A DNA stretch of 64,000 nt from contig JAQGDQ010000048.1 in NCBI GenBank assembly GCA_030141605.1, positions 186,001 to 250,000 on the forward strand, written 5' to 3'. This document shows, one piece after another, positions 56,501 through 64,000 of the stretch. Position 1 is the first letter of the stretch. Each line of letters opens with the position of its first letter. This DNA comes from Tubiluchus corallicola (taxonomy: Eukaryota > Animalia > Priapulida). The position numbers were made by a program, and so were the translations under genes. The notes below the pieces were generated by a model. The model did not search any database. It was not told the DNA's origin and was given only the letters and a program-made list of their open reading frames with translations.

Positions 56501-57132
56501 TCATTCTTAAATTTGAAAATTTTCAAACTTTAACCTGACTTAAATTGGCTGACTGTAAAGAATTCTATGTTTCCTTTATAGATATGTTTAAATGGGCATT
56601 ACGCCTGCTAAGTCATGTTATTCAAAAGCAGTTGTTAGGCAAATTTAATTTTGTGTAGCAGTTCATAATGCTGTGCATTTTTTTATAATAAATTATGTCC
56701 TGAATAAATTAATGAATAGCATCAGAGTGACAGCGGCCATTAGAACATCGGTTGTGGAATGCTAACCTGTGAAAATGTACAGCAGTAACTCATTAAACTA
56801 AGCAGTAAGAGTGTGTGCTATGCAGATCCAGTTTCGCACAGCCTGGGCACACATTTCGAAAAGCTATGTGGTCCTTGTGCAGATGTTGTAGCCCTTACTT
56901 TACTAAAATTTGTAAACATTCTTTTTGTATTGTGGTTCTTTTGGTTCCAATAACTACAAGTTTTAAAACAGAATTCACAGTATGTTCATATTTAGCTTTA
57001 GAATTTAGGAATTACTTCTAGTTTTCATTAGGAAACTTGAAGCTCTACATAATAATGATAATTATAATAATCTATACAATAACTATTAAAATTGAATCTT
57101 TTCAGGTGCTGTTTTTGAATTTATCTGCCAAG

Positions 57133-59412
57133 ATGGGTAAACCTATGCCGTATCCATACACACTCCCAGCGATGTTTCGGCAGTTTCCATACAAGATGCA
57201 TATAACCCAGAATAATTTTATTAAGTTTTATTTGATTGGGGTTGTCTTGTCCTTTCCACTGTTTTACAAAATTCATAAGTTATGTAAGTTCGATTGAATT
57301 TTTTATTTTAAAGGCCAAATACAAAGTTTTAAGATGGGTTTGAATTCACATATCAATGTTTGTCAATATCTCGAGATTATTCAGCAAATTATTACATATC
57401 TGAGCTCAGACCTTTCTAGAATGTACACACATAAACTTGCACATGAATATGAGCACTCATTTATAGTGATCTATATTTTCAGCCTCGTTTACATGATTAT
57501 CAAGAATATTTATCAAACTTCTGTCTATCAATAATAGAACAAAGATTAGAAACAAATTCTTCGAAATGCTTTACCTTTTTATTCCGAATGTTTTAAATGA
57601 AATAAAAACATAAAGCACATCCACGAATCCATATATAATCTTTTTTACAATCTTTTGTTATTATTGGTGATAATAGGAGCTATATTTTGTTAAATTAATC
57701 CTTGACTACATACCCGGTGTGCAGGAGCATTCTAAGTGTTTTTATTATACAGTGTTTTTATTATACAGTGTTTATTATACATTCTAAGTGTTTTTATTAT
57801 ACAATAACATTTAGTTTTAAATTTTACTAGCAGTCGTCCTATTCAGTGTTTATATGTTACACTTTTTTGTTAGTGTGTTTGCTACACACTAATGTTATTT
57901 GATCTCGTATGTTATTTCCATTGTCTCTGTTCACTATAATTTTAATTACAGTATTTCAGTACAGTAACACCTTCATATGAATAGCCAAGTGTGAAGGTGT
58001 ATGTGCTTTGAGACTCGAATTAAGCAACATTGGGGCTGGCCAATCCAAAACTTTTAACTTTCTCTTATCATACCTTCAGATTAAAATTAATAAAGGCCTA
58101 CTGCTGATACAGTCTGTAACATGTTTGCATGAAAACATGATGAGTTTTTCTGGGAATAGAAAGCCCACATTTTGGCTTTCAGAAAGCTGTAAGCAAATTT
58201 GTAATTGATTTTTGTTGTTGTTATGAGATGAATTCACTAGATTTAATTCTCATTTTGTTTTGCAGCTAATTCTCCGGCCAACAAAGCTGCGTGGGAGAAA
58301 ACAAAACAAAAATGGGCTGGTAAGAGAGTTTAAAGACTTCCTGTAGCTAGCCACTTTTTTAATAATTAGCAAAACATAAATGACAGTATGGAATAAAATA
58401 ATGCAATATAAAAATATTTTTATTAATTGTTTGCACATATTATTGTCTTCAAAATTCTGGATCACCTGTTTCCTCATCCTCCTGTATACTATTTTTTGTA
58501 ACTTACGTATGCTTGTCACTGCTGTGATCATTCTGCACCTAATGTTGTCACTGAACTGTTTGTATGATAGTTAAATGAATGAGTCAGTGTTCCATATATA
58601 GGTGTACGCTCACCATTGTTATTGGTTGTGTTTGCATTATTAAGGCAGAAAGTGATGATGACGATGAATGGTATTTATGTAGTATATCTTTGTCAGAGTT
58701 CATCTTGAGGACGATGGCCCAATAAATGAAAGCTTTATTATAATTCAGTTCATTTTATATAAACTGCATTTAACTGTCGGAATTTACTGTTTCCTTTTTA
58801 CTGGTGATTAAATATAAGTTTATCTAATTGGAAAGCTGCACTGAATGCAACAATGAACTCATTAAATATTGAATTCTTTTTCATCAAGCAGCGAATTCGT
58901 TTATTCAAGCAACGGCAACAGGACTGACAATTCTGTAAACTGACATACAAACATTTCCATACGTTTTGAATAAAAATTGCTTTTTGGCGGAAGAAACAGT
59001 TAAACGAAAAACTAATTTTGTAAATGTAATTGCTGTATGTTTGCTTTTTCATGTCTTTTTTGCCAGCAAATAGTAATAAGTAAGATATTATTAAGTCAAA
59101 CATGCATTTTTGTATACTTCTGATACGGTTTATGCAGTGTAAGTGAGTGCTTCTATAGGCAGCTGTATGATAAAATCATCATTATGCAATCCATGTTTTG
59201 CTAGTTTTGGCACATACGGAATATGCTTGCTGTTAAATTTAATTGTGAACTTTGCAAATTAACTATTTGTTTAGAACAATTGCTGCAGAAAGTCCAGATT
59301 AGACAACAGCTTATTATGTAGCCTGTCTACCATTATTCTAACATTTTATTACAATTGAATTTCATAGATTTGTGTTTTTTTTACAGAGGAAGATGCAAAA
59401 CATCATCACTGA
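57133..59412 (+). CDS. roh: roh-like ('reduction of Rh1') small single-pass membrane protein, 76 aa, 3 coding exons, probably mitochondrial
   Basis: Exons 57133-57283, 58266-58319, 59387-59412 (GT-AG, phases 1,1). Protein MGKPMPYPYTLPAMFRQFPYKMHITQNNFIKFYLIGVVLSFPLFYKIHKLSNSPANKAAWEKTKQKWAEEDAKHHH. The PMxYPYT, QFP, PxFYKI, NSPxN..W and terminal HH motifs are as I recall them for Drosophila roh. Confidence 0.9.
57729..57803. repeat. Short tandem array of agtgtttttattatac
   Basis: Four near-identical copies, visible directly. Confidence 0.85.
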
Positions 59413-60693
59413 CAGACAGCAATTTAGAAATCATTTTTAAATTAGTTAGTGTGTTAGAAGGTTGCTGATGCATATTGGAAAACATCAAAGATTTATCTTG
59501 TAGAAGAATTAAGAATTGCTTATGATTAACAAATTTTGATTGAGGAGTTAATATAAGATTGTTTTTGTCATTTGTTAAATTTGATAACTTGCAGGACTGT
59601 TGTTAAAAGATAGTCATGGATAAGAACTCTGTTAAGATTTCATCGTGTAGATGTTTGCTACTAGTATTACATATCCGTTGTGCCATCACTTGTTTCTTAG
59701 TGCAACTTGACTATACATGTAATTTGAAAAACTTAAAAAAAATGAAGAAAAAATGGCTATGTTTTATCTAAAAAAGTTATTTTCTGTAAAAGTTTGTGCA
59801 GTTGTTTGATTAATTGTTCATTAATGCAGCTATTTGGTCTATAGTTCATGAAGTACAACAACTGCTTAATGTTGAATGCATGTAAAGTGAAAATGAAAAG
59901 ATTAATGCTTTATAGCCATAAGCTCTTGGTTTTGAGTTTTTATTCAGCTGTTTGAGGGGTGACTAATTAATTGTTTGATAGCTTGTATAAGCACAGAGTC
60001 TGCAACAAAAGGAGGACTACTTCCAAAATACATCGATAAAATCAAAACTATCGATTAAATGACAACAGCGATTTGGTTGCTTCAAGCTAAAATGCAAAAT
60101 AATGCATGAACTTTTCCCTATAATACTATGCATGTGTCAGGTTTGGCTAGGTCTCAGTAGTGTTTGAGAAAGCAAAAAATAATGTGACCCTACTGATTTC
60201 CAAGGCCAAGAATACCTTAATGACTAAGTCATTAATACATTTGTGACAAGTTTGATTGGCTTTGTCTCAATCCCTTTGAACTGTAACAAAATATTCGAAT
60301 TTTAACATTGAATCATATCGACCTTTAAGATCAAGTGCATCATTGTGGTGACTTTTTTTCTCCGGTATTATTCATGAGAGGAGTTTGATTACCTTGGGAA
60401 GTCATTCTCAATAGTCTTTAGGACAATTATAATACAAAATTAATAATTATGGTTTTCGTGGTTATGTATCATGTATTATAATTATTGTAAAGACATAGGT
60501 GTAAGAGCATACCAACTTTGAAGGTCAAGACTTAACACCACTCATAATTATGCTAATCATAAGTTTGATTGGTTCAATTGACCTTAAACATAATAAATGT
60601 TATAATGAAAAGTGTTTAGACTATTTTGATTCATGGTGTTTGGATGATTGAAATTTTCTCTTAGAGATGGCGCAGTCACAAATTTCTAAGTTG

Positions 60694-61475
60694 TTGTAGG
60701 GCGCGGAATACGGCACCAGCCGAGGTAAAACATTTTCGCTAAAGCGCATGTGCAAAATTTGCTTGAAAGCAATGTTGCACATGGTCAGCCCAAGTAGGGC
60801 ACTAGATTTCCATCGAAAATTATGACATACTAAAACATAAAACTAAATTTGTTTTTAAAAAAGTAACTTTGTAATAATGATGGATGGTCCTTGACAATTT
60901 ACAAAATATGTTTTACAATCATCATTGTTATTAGCTCCATTAATATCATCATAACATTAAACAAAAATCTAATGCTTTAAAGAGAGAAACTATGTAGGCC
61001 ACATAGCTCGCTAGCCCGTTTAGTAGAAAACAATTATTTGTCCAATAGGTAATGAAACGGATAACCTGTCTGTGAAACGAGACAAAATAAAAATGATATA
61101 CCTTAAACAAATGTTGAAATTGCCTAAAAAGCTTACTATTAATTTTTTCGCTTAAAAAGCTTAAGCTTAATAGCAAAAATATTAATATGGAAGCCGAATT
61201 TAATATTGGACGTTCTGCTAGCTCAGAATAAGATTCTTTTATTTTATCAGATGTGCATAATGAATTATTCGACGTATAATGACGCTTTCAGTTATATTTA
61301 TTAAATAAACAAGGACAAGGAACTCAATTGGTAACCTGTCTCTAGTGTCCTGCTTGAGCAACCCATGTGCCACGACTCCTACTTGGACTAGCCCATGTAC
61401 GACGCGTCCTACTTGAGCTAGCCTATGTACGCCAATTATCCTACCTCGGCTAGTGTCCTACTCTGCTCCCAACAG
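60694..61475. mobile_element. Tc1/mariner-superfamily-like MITE with ~30-bp subterminal tandem repeats
   Basis: Left ttgtagggcgcggaatacggcaccagccgaggta versus reverse complement of right end ctgttgggagcagagtaggacactagccgaggta; right flank TA. Units tcctacttg..ctagcccatgtac repeat at 61348-61455, with an inverted copy at 60780-60806. Confidence 0.8.
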
Positions 61476-62039
61476 TAGTGATTGAAAACGGCACGATTCA
61501 CAGTTGAGGTGATATCTTATTATTCGTTCTGCTAAAATCTGCTCGTAAATGATATTCTTATGTAGGAGTATATTGACGTATTGAAGCTCCCTAGTTATAA
61601 AAGAGAGCTCCGATAACGTGACAGGGCAGCGAGCATACCAAAACTGGGTTACGTTAATACAAAACTGCGTGTCTGTTATGTTAATACAAACTGCTTATGT
61701 GACACACAGCACTATGTCAAAGCTAACAATTTGCAAGACAATAAAAGGAGGCTAACTAATGTTTACAGTGTAACTATTATATCACGAAGAAAAACGGTAC
61801 GGCTACAGGCTGTATAATGCCATATCACCATTTTCATTAAGTAGGCATGTACTTTTCAATGGTGTGCAGGGCACATGGTCAAAGGCCGTATGTCGTAAAA
61901 ATGGTCAAAATCCGTATGTTTTGTAAATGTCACAATAAGCACGGATCCGTATTTGTTGCAAAAATAGCTACGAATTCGGATCCGTACCTTTAGCCACAGC
62001 CTTCTTATGACCACCACATTTGTTTTGTATAGATCACGG

Positions 62040-62940
62040 GCATCATCCCCCAAACATTTACTTGACTTAGCTGTTACAAACAAATAGATCTTAGTTGTAT
62101 CTTGTATCTATTACACATTGGGCACATTAGATTAGTTATATGGGCACTTTTGAATTTACTTCAGTTCCAACATATTTAATTTAATTTTCTTATAATAATT
62201 CAGGGACATAATTTTGCTTTTTAAATTCATTATGATTGTGAAATCTCAATTTTGTCATTTTATTGCATTTTACTCTGAACTCCTCTGCTACCTTTTTGCC
62301 ACTTTATTTTTAAACATCTTTTTCCATTCAGACTTCTTGCTTTTAATTACTTGTTCCATATCCCCACTGTTTATTTCATGATAATTAGCAATTTTACAAT
62401 CTGATCATACCAACTTTGTTCATACAATCTATTTTTTGTTCCATAACTATTTGTTTAGCAATTTTGTCATCATCAGAATTCATTAAACGATGAAAAACAT
62501 TAAGTTTTCGTTCTCAACTCTATTTTTAATTGGCCAGCAGTTTAAGTGGGATAAAATGCCCCAATATGGGTTTGTTTTTTCTCACACGACAATTTTGTTA
62601 AAACCTTAAACTGAATACTTTTTAACCATTTCCATTCTGTATTTGTTAGATTTGTCCACGTTTCACTGTTATATAACAACGCCGGTATCACCATTGTCTC
62701 TTTTGATTTATATACCAAAACTAGGTTACTTTAATGCAAAACTGCATATCTGTTCTTAATCGCTGGAACTTTTATTGTTAAAACAGATTTGTAATTATCT
62801 TCCCATTAACTTTTAATCTTTATCGTCATTTAAGTAATACAACTCATGTACTGATAATCTTGGCAATGCTGTCTTACGAGATAGTCTTTGACCTTTGATG
62901 AGTCAGTTAAATTTATCCATCTGATTATTTTGTGATCCGC
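62040..62940 (-). mobile_element. Decayed non-LTR retrotransposon 3' region (RT thumb plus C-terminal zinc knuckle)
   Basis: Frameshifted ETMVIPALLYNSETWTNL, PYWGILS, CWPIKNRVE, LMNSDDDKIAKQIV, KSEWKK, KMTKLRF, NLMCPMC. Confidence 0.85.
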
Positions 62941-64000
62941 GCTTCCAATGACATTCACGAAGGCAAAAGAGCAATCAAGCCAACATTATGTTAAAGTTTT
63001 TTCACAACATGCATTGCAGAGTTGGAAAATATTGTTTGTCTCATTGATCTGTCTCTGTGTTTTTAGAGCCAGGGATTTGGTTTCTGTGAAAAAGAAATTT
63101 AAATGGAGTGGGGTACTACACTGCCTGACTAGCTTTTTTCGCAGTCACACTGTATAAAATTTGATTAGTTTAGTACACTTGAATTATGAGGCCTGGCAGA
63201 AATCAAATGCATCTGAATCCTATTACAGTAAGTCATGATAATAATCTTACTTTGCGTGTACTTGACTACGTAATTTTATCTTACTATAGTTTTTTAGTGA
63301 TTATGCTAAGTTTACATTTTATTTGTTTGAGTAGGCTGCTTAGGACATATTGTGATGTGCCTGTGTATTGTAATTGTTACACTAAAGTGTTTTGATTCTG
63401 AGCTTTATGAATGCTTAATTTTAGAATAATTTGAAGAAAGCAACAGTGAACACACATTGTTTCTCCAAAATTTATTTTTTTATGTGTGCTCGTTTTTGCA
63501 TATTTCTCAATAATTGGACTAAAACTGTTCATCTCTCACTGTTAAGTGATTTAACGACTATTAATGAGTATTGCTTCTATATTACTAGAATTTTGTTTAT
63601 ACAGTTCTGCACTTTGCAACTAGAAGTGAACACTCAGTGTAGAATCTAGTTCATTGTGAAGGACAATCATCTAAGAAGAGACACTGAAACTTGTAGGGGT
63701 GTCTTAGTCAATATCAGGTGTGTTCGGAAAAAATTAGCCAGACTGCTGGACTTCCACCAAAATGATGTATAAATAATGCATAAAATCTAGTGCTTTGAAG
63801 ATAAAGAGTTTGGCTTATAACATTTATCTCTTAATAATTATTTTTATTGCAGCATCAATTAAAAAACTGTTATTTGGATACTGAACCACACAGACCATCA
63901 AGTCAACCTTGGTAAAAACTATAATCATTTGTAAATTAGTATCGTAAGCAAGTACATTCAGTTAGTTGTAGTTGTTGCCTGCTTTGCCTGGCTTTGACCA

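Noticed and set aside
60666-60730. Possible first exon (ATG GCG... with gag|gtaaaa donor)
   Set aside because: The ATG frame stops after 10 codons, and the apparent donor lies inside the TIR of the 60694-61475 MITE.
61348-61455. ~30-bp periodic repeats resembling a CRISPR array
   Set aside because: Degenerate head-to-tail units without unique spacers; they are subterminal repeats of a MITE in a eukaryotic genome.
61856-62940. Apparent minus-strand exons (LSQVNVWG..., WINLTDSSKVKDYL)
   Set aside because: They lie within or at the end of a frameshifted LINE 3' region and adjacent repeat-like sequence.

Overview
AT-rich animal (metazoan) genomic DNA with spliceosomal introns, probably a lophotrochozoan invertebrate given the intron-containing myohemerythrin and a Meta-domain SINE; the species cannot be fixed from sequence alone. 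I assembled three spliced genes by hand, all largely missed by the ORF track. (1) A 4-exon, 120-aa myohemerythrin (+, 13696-21227) with all seven di-iron ligands and a compact GATA/HRE/CRE/TATA promoter. (2) A 20-coding-exon, ~1060-aa EFCAB6-like multi-EF-hand ciliary protein (-, 22715-50998) with a tandemly duplicated exon module. (3) A 76-aa roh-like small membrane protein (+, 57133-59412), head-to-head with EFCAB6 across a CpG-rich promoter carrying RFX X-box-like and forkhead motifs. A fourth candidate, a secreted Cys-rich gene (-, 7182 leftwards), may be disabled. The rest is decayed LINEs (one with an eroded 2A-like motif and a structured 5' leader), hAT/Tc1-pogo/Harbinger-type MITEs, a SINE and microsatellites. 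I found no prokaryotic-type system, CRISPR array, rRNA or intact tRNA, and no clearly novel multi-gene system. Family assignments are from memory, not database searches.
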